Below are positions 11,771-24,866 of a stretch of 64,000 nucleotides of DNA, piece by piece. The DNA lies in assembly GCA_951406725.2 (NCBI GenBank), contig OX597814.1, forward strand, positions 54,498,001-54,562,000, given 5' to 3'. Position 1 is the first letter of the stretch. Each line of letters starts with the position of its first letter. The position numbers and the translations under genes are program-made. The DNA comes from Octopus vulgaris (lineage: Eukaryota). The notes beneath the pieces are model-generated. The model had not been told where the DNA came from, did no database searches, and was given only the letters and a program-made list of their open reading frames with translations.

Positions 11771-14695
11771 CACTCTGTCGGTATTTACTAAGTATAGGTG
11801 CAGGCATAGCTGTGTGGTAAGAAGCTTGCTTCTCAACCATATGGTTTTGTGTTCAGTCCTACTGCATGGCACTTCTGGTGTCTTCTATAATCCTGGGCCG
11901 ACCAAAGCTTTGTGAGTGGATTTGATAGACAGAAACTGAAAGGCGTGTGTATATATGTTTGTCTTTGTGTTTGACCCCCCCCCCCAGACACACACACACT
12001 CACTTGACAACTGGTATTGGTTTGTTTACATCTCCGTAATTTAGTGGTTCAGCAGAAAAGAGTCTAAAAAAAAAAAAACCTTCAAGGTATGGCTCCAGTC
12101 CAAAGACTGAAACAAGTAAAAAGGATAAAATATGCAATTTGCTTAAGTGTTTAAGTGCTGCAACAAAGTTTATTTATTTCATCAAACAACTTTGTTCAAA
12201 ACTAGTTTAAAAGCCACACTCTGTAAAAACATTTAAGCTAACCCCTGCAGAGGGCAAATTGGGCCTGCAGCCCAAAAACTAATGAGAGCAAAATAGGATG
12301 TCTATAATATGTATATAGTGACTATATGCCCTGGTGGTGCTTAATCAGAGGTTAAGGAAGGATGAGAATTAATTCTGTAATGCAATTATTCTATTGTTTT
12401 AGTCCCAATTTGAATTCTAACTGCTGGCCAATTTGTCCCAAAGTTTTTATCTCAATGTAAAATTAATGATGTGAATGTCATTTATCTCCCTCTTGATCTC
12501 TGACGTCATCTGACAAACACCGCTAAAATGGCATGAATCAGCCAAACTTTACCTGCTAGAAATAGCAACCCAAATACTTTTAAATCAGATCTCAATGCTG
12601 GGATCATCCTGATTCCAAAATGGTATGTCTATGTAGAGCAAATGTAGGCTCAGGTACAGGGGTCCCAGATGGACAGAGAGAATTTTGCTTTTATTATTAT
12701 AGATTTTTGTGTCACAGGAAAATTGTTTTAGTTCGTAAACAACTCACAACCCTGACAATGACTTCATTTATATCCATTGTCTCTCTACATGAAGTTATTG
12801 CGGAGGATGAAACACTTGTTATTGCTGTGTAAGAGTTCATTGTTTTATCAACATTATTCATAATGTTGGCAAAGTAGATACTAAACTCAACACTTTACAG
12901 ACATCCAACTATGCTCCACGTCACAATGAATCATATTTTCTCAAGTGTTAGAGTTTAATACTCTTTGCTGGCTCTGACTGGCACAAACTCCACACTACAA
13001 ACAGAAATCATGGGTATACACAAGTTTTTATGATTAATGAGAAATAATACTATGTAACATGTTAGCAAATGTGGGAAAAACTTATAAAAACCAACATGAA
13101 TGACAATAACTAGACATATGATTATTATTCCACTTCATTGAACCATAAAAAATAAAAAGAAGCACATATTGTATGTGTGGACTCACTGGTCTTGCCGCAA
13201 TGTATTACTTAGTTGCAATTTTCTTGCTGTCTTCTATCTGTTACTTATTTCAGTCATTAGACTGGCCATGCTGGGGCAGTGCCTAGAAGAATTTTAGTTG
13301 AATGAATCAACCCCAGTACTTATTTTTTTTTTAAAGCCTGGTACTTATTCCAGTGGTGGATCTACAATATTGGGGTCCTGAAGCTTAAAATGCTATGGGG
13401 GCCCCCTATACAACTAGCAAAAGTAGGATAACATCCAACAATGGTCAAAGAATTTTCTTGCCCTTGCAAGGAACTCCAGCCTTGAGGCCCTGATAGCCCA
13501 AGTGGTGATGTGAAGTCGTTAAAGGTGAGTCTGACAGTGAGCCTTCTTTCCACCAGAAACAAGATGTGAGTAATCACTGATATCTTTGTTGAAGTGGTTA
13601 TTCCATAGCAGATTGCCGCAAGTTTCTTTACAAATTTAAGCACTACATTTCAGATTATGATACTCAGTCACTGGTGTGAACAAATATTTTCCAGACTATG
13701 CCTTATATTTTTAGAGTCATGGGGGTTGAAAATAAGGGAAGTATTATATACATGCATGATGCATCATAGAATAAAGACATAAAACATAACAAATACCACA
13801 CTTGATATAATCTAATATAAATCTTATATTTAAGATACATATCAGCATGAAAAAAAAATTATGTACCTTTAAGTGAAAAATGAAATGAGAATTCAGCTTG
13901 AAGAGAAACAAACATGTCCACCTGACAATATTAGTCAGAGGAGCAACATTTTATTTACAAGTTATTACAGTTAAATTAGACATACAGATAAATTTAGAGT
14001 TGATCCAATCATTCAAACCTTGCAGCTTTTCCATTAACTCTGAACACAACTTGAATACAGTTCATGACTTCCAAGTGCAATTCTATCACAGCACTTATGA
14101 TATCCCAAGTTATGTTTTTCCATATTTAATCAACAGCATAAAATTTTTCTTTTCATAAAATTTTGATTTTTAGGTGAAGATTAGCTAATCAAATCATGGA
14201 GTTGGAATGTAGTAGCAATAAACAGTTTCACAATAGGCAAATTATAGTTTAAATGGAAAAAAAAAAAACACACTGACAGTTTGCAAACTATTAATAGAAT
14301 TGCTTAGCTACTAAAACTGCTAAATTTATTTGACGGGAGAGAGAGAAAAAAAAAAGGAACTGAATAGTGATATTAAGATGGCTTAGATAAATGTTGTTCA
14401 TGCTCGAGTCAAAATTGACACATTAAACAATACTGCTTGATCTTATGATATTAAAAATTTACATAAGCTTCATTCAAGTAGATCGTGATAAATGCAAATA
14501 CTGCAGTAAAATAAATGTGGAAAATTTTGTTCTTTATTTTCTTAAATATTAAGTAAAGTTTATTTCAAACTAAGTCAAAATATCATGCATAGTTAATCTC
14601 AAGCTAATTTTCAGGGAACAGAAATGATTTTAATATGGTCTTACATATTCTTAATCTAACTGCAATTGAATAGCTGAACCAATTTTAACTCTTAC

Positions 14696-14752
<57 letters not shown>

Positions 14753-15161
14753 CTGGTAATCACAAAAGTATACACATAATACAAATGATATGCTAAGTTA
14801 GAGAACAAACAAAGCATCTTCCAAGTAATCAACAAATGAATTGATATTGTGAATAATCAAATGAAAAGTAATGTCAAGTACAATAAATATCTTAAAGAAA
14901 TATAAGGTCAACAAGAAATGTTTGAAAAGCCTTCAATTGACTTGGCTCATACAATTGTAGAAATGAAAATTATATTGGAGACAGAAAATTAATGTAAAGG
15001 AACGATAATAGTAAAGTAACATTCATAAAAGAAATAATATTCAAAATGAGATTTTGTATTAAAATTCTCCTTTTCCTTTCTAATGAGAAATACTGAAAGG
15101 TAGTTGCTTTTGAGTCAACAATCATCATTTTACAACTGAAACTTTATCTTTTCTCAATAAA

Positions 15162-15205
<44 letters not shown>

Positions 15206-15535
15206 TATAAAAGAATATAATGAGCAGCTGTAAAAATTCAAAGGACTCAGTCTTCAGTGTATGTTTCTTAGTCTGGAGATAACTATTCCAGAAAATAATA
15301 AACATTAAGAAATCTTAGAAAACTCAATAGAACAGATCTTCAAATAAATGTAAAATAACGAGAAAAGTTAATTTCAAGAAAATATCCAACAAATTAATAA
15401 ATTCTTTTTCTTTTCTTTTACTTTCATTTTTTTACTTCATCCACACATTTGCCAAACATTGTGTTCTTTGAAACAAATTTCTGTCTCAAAAACAATTTTT
15501 ATACTTATAAAACTTTCCTTTAATTTGTTTCAGTA

Positions 15536-16000
15536 TCATTTCAGCAGCTTGCCAAACTCTTCATGCATCTCTATAAAAGTTCTTGATTTCTTTATACTTT
15601 GTTGAATCCCACTACCTGCACTTGCCAAACCTGAATGGTGGGACTGTGAAGTCCCTTTATGGGAGGAGTTCAATATTTTGTTTGGCTCTGAAGAAAATAT
15701 GTCAATATTATCATTATCCATAGTGTTAAATGGGTTAAACCTGTTTTGTAGTCCAACGGGATACCGATAGATTATGTTACTGTCATTGGGATCACAAGAA
15801 TCTTTGATATTGTGGAGTCCATCCTCACGAAAATTAGAGCTGTGTGAGAAACAGTCAAAAGTTAGACTTTCAGAAAGATTGTTCTTGTTACGATTATTGT
15901 AGGAATTTGAAGAGCATTCACCAGAATTCAAAGTATTTCCAAAATTAGGGCTATCTTCCCAAACTTGACCCATAATTCTTTCACTTTGTTCTATGTTTGC
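15536..16000 (-). CDS. PHETA1: Sesquipedalian/PHETA-like protein, last coding exon
   Basis: Acceptor tttctttcag|GCA at 16001/16000 is phase 0 and in frame with ORF 15536..15973 (ANIEQSERIMGQVW...). It ends in RTFIEMHEEFGKLLK*, an F&H-like motif like that at the C-terminus of Ses proteins. Joined protein is 319 aa from the first ATG. Confidence 0.85.
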   Translation of the reverse strand, partial: ANIEQSERIMGQVWEDSPNFGNTLNSGECSSNSYNNRNKNNLSESLTFDCFSHSSNFREDGLHNIKDSCDPNDSNIIYRYPVGLQNRFNPFNTMDNDNIDIFSSEPNKILNSSHKGTSQSHHSGLASAGSGIQQSIKKSRTFIEMHEEFGKLLK

Positions 16001-17330
16001 CTGAAAGAAATAAAAAAAGGAATAAAAATTAATCCATTAAATAACTTTTTTTTTATAAGGAAATTAAAAACAGAAATTCAATTAGTTTGAAACAAACAAG
16101 GAAAAACCAAAACGTACCATTCCAAATTAACACACAGTCAGATCCTAGTTGTTAAACGAAGTAATATAAGGCTATCATTTACAGGGGATGTGAAACAAAT
16201 GAATGTTGCAGTGATCTTCCAGATTAATGTGCAATTAGCCCAAAATTTGCTTTTATATAATGTTAGAGATAAAACAATTTTATTGTATTCTATCTGAATT
16301 ATTATGAGAACAAGAACACCATTGTAAATTTGTATTCAATTACATGAAAGAAGTATTTGAGCTAATATTTTATTGGCTGGAGCAATCAACTTCACTATTT
16401 CAAGTGGATGTTTCCTCCTGCTTTTCTTATTTACAATGGTCATATAGGAATGATAGATTCTTTTGTTCAACTCCAGTGGCTGTCATCAGCTGTTACCTAC
16501 TTTACATGTCTAATGTAACAGCTCAAAGCAGCACAGTTATTATGATCTTAGAGAACAAATACTTTATGACTTGGAAATAGTCATCAGTTCTTTCAATAAG
16601 GCAATTTAATATTTGGTGAAATGGCATTTCATGTAAAAACTATATCAAGATGGTGAATAAACAACACACTACTATCATTATATAGTATCCTTAAATAGAA
16701 GTATTATTTGTAAAAATATGAAAAAGAAATGACCCTCACCCACACAATATATTCACTTTGTATGTCATAGTTATAAATAGTTCAATTTCACAGCAGAATT
16801 GTGGCTAAGTAGCACAATGTTCAACAAAACAGGATGTGTGAAACAATAAGGATTGAATAATATAAAGTAAAATAATACATTTATTTTAGGTCTTTGGAAT
16901 TTTGCATAATAATGACTAAGGTTAATTTCTAGTGATAACAATTAGTTAATCTGCCATAAATAGCAACAAAATGTCCTCATTTTGCTTCCTCTTTCTCAAT
17001 AAATTCATTGGATAATATATTCTGTGACTTTTTAATACCTGGTAAAAGATGTGATAGCTTTAACTAGAAATGCCTTTGATCAAACAACTGCTTGATCAGA
17101 TCCTATGGCTAAACAAATTAAATCCCAAATGTCATGTAGTCTTAGCTATAGAGGGTCTTGAAAGCAGACATAATAATCATGACTGAAATGCCTTTGATAG
17201 ATCTACTTGATCAGTATTGACCTGGACGAAACAAAAATATCTCAAACTATGCTGAATAATCTATTCTTTCTCATCAACCTTCAATATAGATTTAACTTGG
17301 AGTCCTACATTGCACACCAGTGTCCTTTAC

Positions 17331-17367
<37 letters not shown>

Positions 17368-17499
17368 GTACACTATATGTGTATATGGCTTAGTGTGGAG
17401 GATGTTGTACTTATGATCACCAGCTTGTGGTTTCAAGGCTAAAACAATGTAAGAAGATATAAAGTACACTACAAAAAGAAAACAAAACAAAAAGTTGTA

Positions 17500-17870
17500 G
17501 TTTTACCTTATATTTCTATACTTTGGAGTTATGACCTCTTCTTCAGGGCACATAGAAAAGTGAGGGACAGAAAAGGTTGTTGCTCAGATGTGTGGGGAGG
17601 TAGGAGAGAGAAGGAAGGAGGAAGATAACAATGCACAGACTGGTGTTGCTATAGTAACTGGTCTGCTTCATGTAATTCCTTCCTATTATTTATGGCTGGC
17701 CTCAGTTTCTTGATAAGGAAGGCCTCTATGATCCCCCCCCCCCCGACTGTTCCTGTTGCACTGAGTGACCTTAATGGATACCTTGAAATCCTGTGTCTGG
17801 CACATCTTTAGGTATTTTTTGATTGAAGTGTCTGTGCACGTTATTTTATTCCAACGTGCAATTTCCTGGA
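17500..17870 (-). mobile_element. Penelope-like element 3' remnant (GIY-YIG C-terminus plus decayed hammerhead-like motif)
   Basis: Minus strand IIEAFLIKKLRPAINNRKE, followed downstream by CTGAAGA-AGAG-GTCATAA-CTC-CAAA, where GAAA has been lost. Confidence 0.6.
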
Positions 17871-18800
17871 GGCGTTCTCAATATAGGTTAAGTTTATTGT
17901 GCATGTTGAGGTTCAATGGGGCTTAGTCTTCAGCCCATTTCTGTTCATTACAGTCCTCTGAAGTATAACACAAGATTCTAAGTCTTTGGGAACTCCTATA
18001 GGCTGATGACCTTATTCTCATAGCGGAATTTAAAGTTGATTTAAAGAAAAAATTCTAGACTGAATTATAACCTGGAATTGAGTGACATCAAGCCAGTCTT
18101 AGCAAAGACTAAAGTTTTAGTAAGTAAAAAAGAAACTAGGATCTTACTACCATTAGGGAAATAGCCATGGTTGATATGCAAAAAAGGTGTAGGAAGAAAT
18201 TTCATAAAGTGTACCAAGTGTAAACTATAGGAAAAAAAAATGTGGGATCATAGGCGATTAAGGGAAAAAGTGAAGTACAGATATGGCAGGTACACAGGAG
18301 CAATAAACACTAAGAACACATGAGTGTTCTGAAAACATCGGAGTTGGAGAAACAAAGAGTTAGACAAGGTTAAAGGAGCTATTATATCAGCTGACAACAA
18401 GGACTTCATCAGAGTGAAGGACAAATTATATGAAGTGCAATGCTGCATGGTAGTGAGATGTGAACCCTTGAATGCAAAGAAAACTAAAAAGAAATGAAGT
18501 GGGTATGCTCCACTGGCTTTGTAACCTTAGAGTGCATAAAAGGAAAGAAAACGAAAAAGCTGCGAAAACTGGATACAAGAATTAGATGTAGTGTGCAAGA
18601 GAAAAGACTGTGCTCGTACAGGCATATGAAGCATATAGAGAGTGACATGTATTAAAAAGGTGGTTAGCACTCAAAATGGAAAGGACCTATGGAAGAAGAT
18701 GAATGAAGAAACGGACAAAAATGGCGAGAACTAATCTCAAGATGTTGCAACTCACAGTCAAACAAAGGATACTGACAATGATAGTGTTGGAGAAGACCCA
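17870..18800 (+). mobile_element. Decayed RTE-type LINE (RT and 3' portion)
   Basis: GLVFSPFLFITVL and WELL*ADDLILIA (degenerate YADD), with many stops. A related 3' fragment lies at ~58790-58960. Confidence 0.7.
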
Positions 18801-20299
18801 ACTGCTGAGGCAAGTATAGTAAAATATACATTAATATGGTGGGCTAGTAATGGAGGCTGAATATACGATGCCTACATTTGGAGCTTTCACACAAGTGAGT
18901 CTATCTACTGCACCTCTTGCCTATTTGATACCCCTCTCTTATCTACACTATCATACTACCCACGCAATGAGGAGAAAAACATTAGATCAACTCATACAGA
19001 ACGACCACCATCATCAGTATATATCTCTCTACTTCCTCCCACTATCACAATATCTCAGTAACAAGAGACTGCACATGATATGTTGGTATCTAGTATACTT
19101 CTCTATTTCTCCACCTTTTCTGCAAGCCATAACTCTTCCCACTTCTTCTGGTCATATTTCTATTGACATTCAATCATTCTCTTACTATTGCCATCTCAAC
19201 TATTTATCTCTCATGTTCTCTTTTACAAGCCAACACTATCCTTCTATACTGCTAGCATACACTCCCGCGCCTCTAGGTCAATCATTATTGACGTTCTATT
19301 ACTCTATATCATTATTTTCTCCATTACACCTTCTAGTATTGTGTCTCTTATCTCTCTCTTCTCTTCCACATAGTCATACCAATGAATCTGTTTTTCCCAT
19401 CATACTCTTAATCCCTTCCCTCTCCCAGCTCAGTTCATCTTCTGCAATCCCCTCTTCTACCCACTCTCTTGGTCATGTTGCTCTGAATGAATGGAGACAT
19501 GTAGAGTTGTGAGGACTCATTTGATAAAATGTAAAATGCATCCAGTGCATTCTATAAACTAGTTGGTGAACAAGTGGAGACAACAAAGCATTGAGAGAGC
19601 TTTCAGTCTTCTCAACTTCCTACTATTGGTGAAACTATAAAATACAGTCAAGGAAGAGCATGCAATCATAGAAACCATGCCAAAATCAGAACATAAAGTG
19701 GTAGGGGGCAGTAACTCTGAATAAGAGCTGGTTGTAGGAAATGTGTGATCCATGTAAGCATGCAAAAATAAGGGTTTCATATATATATATATATGTTTTC
19801 TCTCTCTTCTTTCTCTTAGCCCCCCTCTCCCCTTTTCATTTTTTCTCTCTCATCCTTTCTCTAATTTTTTTCTCCCCTTCAGTCTGTTGCACAGACCAGA
19901 CACATTCTTATCTGTCTCCTCTCCTATCTTTTCTCTTATCAAAGAATATTCCTCTAGTGTTCCTTGTTTGCTTTAGTTTGGCTGGTTGTATGTCTCCACT
20001 GTCCTGTTTTAGTTACCAACTTTGACCCTCCGCAGATCCCAAATGTTATTTTGGTTCGCGGGAGCAACTGTTTTTCGAAGACACAAATTGTTATATATAT
20101 GCACACACATATATGGACAATATTTTCAATCAAGACATTACAACTATTTGTTCAAGTGCTTCGATTCTGTGTGTGTGTAGTTTGTCTTGCTCACCCCCTC
20201 CGACTTTTATTTCAAGCCATGGAAAAAGCTACATTATTTGTGGGATGACCCAATACTTATATACAAATGTATATAAGAATCTCTCTCTCTCTATATATA

Positions 20300-20325
20300 T
20301 ATGCATACGTGCAGATATATATAAG

Positions 20326-20357
<32 letters not shown>

Positions 20358-20379
20358 CACACATGCAGATGTATATAAG

Positions 20380-20423
<44 letters not shown>

Positions 20424-20562
20424 CATACATACACGCATGCAGATGTATATAAGTATATATATATATATACATACATACATGCATGCAGATGTATATAAGT
20501 ATATATATATATACACACACACTCGTGCAAATGTATATAAGTATATATATATATATATATAT
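20300..20562. repeat. Compound minisatellite: about 5 units of GCAGATGTATATAAG(TA)n(CATA/CA)n
   Basis: Directly visible. It produces the spurious Y/I-rich ORFs. Confidence 0.9.
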
Positions 20563-21043
20563 GATATTTAAGACAGTGCTCCAACATGGCCACAGTCAAA
20601 TGACTGAAACAAGTAAAAGAATATGTATACATGCATTCCTACCTACCCACATACATGCATACACATACAGATACATACATATATTGGACTGCTTTCAGTT
20701 TCAATCTACCAAATCTATTAGTGGTTTGGTCAGTCCAGGGCTATAGTAGAAGATGCTCAAAGTACCTAACCACACCTGTACATGTGTGTGTATACCCATG
20801 CACACACACTATATTTTACCTATTTCAGTCATTAGAACTCTGGCTATGCTGGGGCACAACCTTGAAATTTTTAGTTCAGCTATTCAACTGCAGTACTTAT
20901 TTTTTTGGCCTGGCACTTATTCTAGTGGTTTCTTTTTGTCAAACCATTTAGTTATAGTTGAATAAATAAACCAACACCAGTTGTCAAGTGGTTGTGGTAC
21001 ACAAACATAGACAGAAATACACATTCATGCACAAATAAATATA

Positions 21044-22286
21044 TCTTATAATTCTGCTTGTCATTCCATTAATTAGCCTGTCAATAATGCTTTCACATGA
21101 TTAGAGAAAAAGAGGCAGAGAGAAGTGTCTATGATGTGAGGTAGAGAGAATGTAATTGTAACATTTTCAAGTAATTAGTTGAAGGAAAAGAGAGGAGAGA
21201 GAAAAAGAGAATAAGGCGAAGAGCCAGACAAAAAGAGAAAGAAAGAAAAAAAGAAAGAGAGAAGCATCCATGATGTGAGGTAGGGGGAACGTAATATTTA
21301 TTATGTGGTTAAAAAGTGAGTTGATGGTAGTGATGATATAGAGGAGGAAAGTTAAAAATATAATTTTTGCAGAGGGGTGATGTTCTGATGGTGAGGTTAA
21401 AGAAAGGCACAGAGAGGAGGAGAGAGAGATGATGGAGATGGTGGTAGCAGTGGTGATTGGATAGTGAAAAGTGTATTTTTTTTTAATTGAACCAAGTTTA
21501 TTTTATATCACTTATCACTTGATACATGTGCATAGTGGAGGTGCAATGGCCCAGTGGTTAGGGCAGCAGACTCGCGGTCATAGGATCGTGGTTTTGATTC
21601 CCAGACCGGGCGTTGTGAGTGTTTATTGAGCGAAAACACCTAAAGCTCCACGAGGCTCCGGCAGGAGATGGTGGTGATCCCTGCTGTACTCTTTCACCAC
21701 AACTTTCTCTCACTCTTACTTCCTGTTTCTGTTGTACCTGTATTTCAAAGGGCCGGCCTTGTCACTCTGTGTCATGCTGAATATCCCCGAGAACTACGTT
21801 AAGGGTACACGTGTCTGTGGAGTGCTCAGCCACTTACACGTTAATTTCACGAGCAGGCTGTTCCATTGATCGGATCAACCAGAACCCTCGTCGTCGTAAC
21901 CGATGGAGTGAAAAGAAGAAGAAATGTGCATAAGTGCAATTCTGTGAAATATTCATGCTTATTTACATGGCAAGTATATGCAATTTAACTAAAGGTTGTA
22001 TCATATGTACAGGATATTTTTTTTTGTTTATTGGAAAAATAAGAGTGAATATTTATTTTATGAATGCTGTGTATTAAGTCTATAAAATTGTGCATAATGT
22101 ATATAAAGTGCATTAAGTGGTCATTGTATTCCAATTTCATTCACTTTTCAATGAGTAGCAGATGAGTGACTATCTTTCCATACAGACACAACACAGGCTA
22201 CACTTTTAGGTTTTTTGGATAAAGTTTTCTGAAATAACTCAATAGGTTTATCATGAATTCTGTAAAATATTCGTGGGTTCCACTAG
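21044..22286 (+). mobile_element. Non-autonomous Helitron inserted into a SINE
   Basis: A|TC start, imperfect terminal hairpin and CTAG|T end. The two flanks (~20815-21040 and ~22290-22410) rejoin as one reverse-oriented SINE. Confidence 0.6.
21535..21923 (+). mobile_element. tRNA-derived SINE with TSD
   Basis: A-box TGGCCCAGTGG, B-box-like GGTTTTGATTCC, (GAA)n tail, 9-bp TSD ATGTGCATA at 21526-21534 and 21924-21932. Confidence 0.88.
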
Positions 22287-22435
22287 TATACATATCATGG
22301 GCTTCTTTCACTTTCTGTCTACCATATCCACTCACAAAACTTTGGTTTCCACAGAGCTATAGTAGATGACACTTACATAAGGTGTCATGCAATGGGACTG
22401 AACCCACAACTAAAACGGAGGGAAGAAAAATGAAA

Positions 22436-22470
<35 letters not shown>

Positions 22471-23039
22471 AAAAAATTTATAAATATTACGAAAGTGATA
22501 ATACTTTTAAAACAAATGAGTTTAATTTCATATTTGTTGATATGTGTACGTGTGTGTGAAATTGATAAAATAGATTTTTAATAATTTGAAGTAAAAGTTT
22601 TGTTTCATTTTGAACAAAATACTGACGACTTCAGAGCAAAAGAACTCATTACAGGTCACCTGAATTTTGCCTCTCTGACTGTCACTCACTCCAACTCTGT
22701 TGCTTTAGTTTCTGTTGTTCAGTGTAACCAATACAAAGCACATTGTATTTCATTATATGTAAGATAAGATTAGTTAAGCATTTACAATGAACTTTCAAAT
22801 ATAAAAGACAAACAGAGCAACTAAGTAGAGACACTGTTATAGGAAGAGAGTAGAAATGCTGTTAAATAATTTAGAAAACTATTTCATTAAGCCTTATAAG
22901 ACAAATGCAAAAGATAATCAGAACAACTGCAGCTCGAGTCGAGTGATTTAGAAAGTAAAAATCTTATAAATTGGAATGAATTCAACAGCCTCAAATGCCA
23001 AAGTATTAAAAAAAAAAATGTATATATAGACATATAGTG

Positions 23040-23083
<44 letters not shown>

Positions 23084-23809
23084 ATTAATTGAAACAAAAA
23101 CAGTGTAGTTTATCAGAAATAAGGTAACAAAAGAGTTAATCTAATCCTCAGCCAGAATCGTATAATGTGACATGGTTGATTTTATGAATTACAAGCTCAA
23201 CCATTTGGCAAACTTCCACAGTTTCTGTCTACTCAATTTTATTCATAATGTACAGATCAATTTGAGGTTAAGGTAAAAGGTGCTTGTCTTAAATATTATG
23301 CAGTAGGAGTGAACCCAGGAGCTCATCATTGTGAAATAAGCTTCTCAACCACTTAGACATGTCTGTGTGGAAGCCTGTTGGATAAATGACTGATTCAAAT
23401 GGTTAGTCTTGTCACACAGAATCACTTCTGATTCTGCTCAAGAATTATGTAAAAGGAACATGTGCCTGTGGAATATCCAGCCGTTTATATGCTAATTCAA
23501 TGTGTGGGAAGTTCACTTGGTTGAATAACTGGTATAGTTATCCTTGAAATTGGTTATCCTTGTGCTGGTTCCACATAAAAGCGCCTGCACTGGTAGCACA
23601 TAAAAAAACACCCAGCACACTCTGTAAAGTGTTTGGTGTTAGGAAGGGCATCCAGCACCTGTTAAACTAAACAACCAATGCCAGCATGAAAAATGAACAT
23701 TAAATAATGATGATAGTGATTATATATATATATTCTAACATCCACTTTTCTATGCTTGCATGGGTTGGACTTATTCCATCTGGCCCATGCACCCTTGGAA
23801 AAGTGGGCA

Positions 23810-24034
23810 TTAACTCTTTCACATTCAAACAAGTCATATCCAGCTAAAATATTCAATATGCTTTGTTGAAACTAGCCAAATCCAGCCTCTCACATCAACC
23901 CTACTATATCATTCTAAAAAATAAACAATCACATCATCAAAATCTCAAGGCTACAAGATAATGCAGGTTAAATTCAAAATGGTGAATAAATAAGCCTTAC
24001 ATTTGATAAAGTAATCTGAATGCTAAAGGGTTAA
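23810..24034. mobile_element. TTAA-flanked piggyBac-like MITE (~220 bp), one of at least 9 copies
   Basis: Family ends are TTAACCCTTTAGCATT...AATGCTAAAGGGTTAA (left end decayed in this copy). Other copies: 27682-27884, 28404-28840 (SINE inside), 37863-38087, 38379-38607, 45371-45534, 54366-54592, 57186-57421 and 57914-58337 (SINE inside), in both orientations. Confidence 0.8.
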
Positions 24035-24542
24035 ATGATGATAATATACACAGAAGCACACATTCACAAATGCCCATGTACACATTTACTTCAAAATGGA
24101 AAGGCTACTTTAACAACAACCAATATTACAAGTGCTATGTATGTACTTCAAATAATTATGTAACGTGTGCTGGTTTGTTTTTTTAACCCCTTTTGATAGT
24201 AACCCACCTGAAATTGCCTCAACTTTTGACAAATTAAATTAAAACTTTTCACCATCATTTTAAATAAAAACCTCTCTGTTAATTTACATTTCAAACATTA
24301 ACTTTATATAACAAATACTAGTTATTTTACTAAACCCTTCTAATTTTTTTTTTATTATATTTCAAAATAATTTAAACAAAATCAATGGTTTATTTAATTT
24401 GAGATGTGGTAAAGAAATGGTTAAACACAAATTTGATTACAATTGTAACCAAAGAAGGAAACAACTGAAATAGCATAAACTAAAATACAAATTGGAAAAG
24501 ATATGGTAAACTCAGATTTTCTCAAGTAATAGTTTATTTTAT

Positions 24543-24866
24543 GTGGAAAGTGTTTGTAAGCCATTTAAGAAACACACAAAAGCCGTTCGATTCACTTCAA
24601 CATTTAAGTTTAATTTGTCAAAATATTTTTGTCACTATGAGACCGCAACCTGTTCACTGACAAAAGTTCGGATTTTAGTCAGTGAACAGGTTGCGGTCTC
24701 ATAGCGACGAAAATATTTTGACAAATTAAACTTAAATGTTGAAGTGAATCGAACGGCTTTTGTGTGTTTCTTAAATGGCTTACAAACACCTTCCACACTG
24801 CAATTATTTTCGTTCCAGCACACGATCTCAGATCAAATCACTTGCTATGCAAGTACATCTCCGTAA
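24543..24866. mobile_element. Fold-back insertion, probably Penelope-like pLTR derived
   Basis: 120-bp inverted arms (24542-24661 and 24678-24797, 3 mismatches, 16-nt spacer), a ~70-bp unique extension, and a 12-bp TSD AGTTTATTTTAT at 24531-24542 and 24867-24878. Confidence 0.75.
24678..24722 (+). ncRNA. Candidate minimal type I hammerhead ribozyme, G3:C8 core variant
   Basis: Stem I GUCA/UGAC, core GUGAACA (24682-24688), one extra G, stem II GUUGC/GCGAC, GAAA (24709-24712), palindromic loop AUAU, then U16.1 and U17. Confidence 0.55.

Noticed and set aside
18850-19512. 220-aa plus-strand ORF
   Set aside because: Pyrimidine-rich low-complexity sequence giving L/S/Y-rich translation, no motif, antisense within the intron.
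20113-20746. Cluster of Y/I/H/T-rich ORFs
   Set aside because: Artefacts of (TA)n/(CA)n microsatellites.
22615-22665. Hammerhead-like arrangement (CTGACGA on plus, TGAC..GAG..CTC..GTCA on minus)
   Set aside because: Core nucleotides and GAAA are not intact on either strand; at most a decayed remnant.
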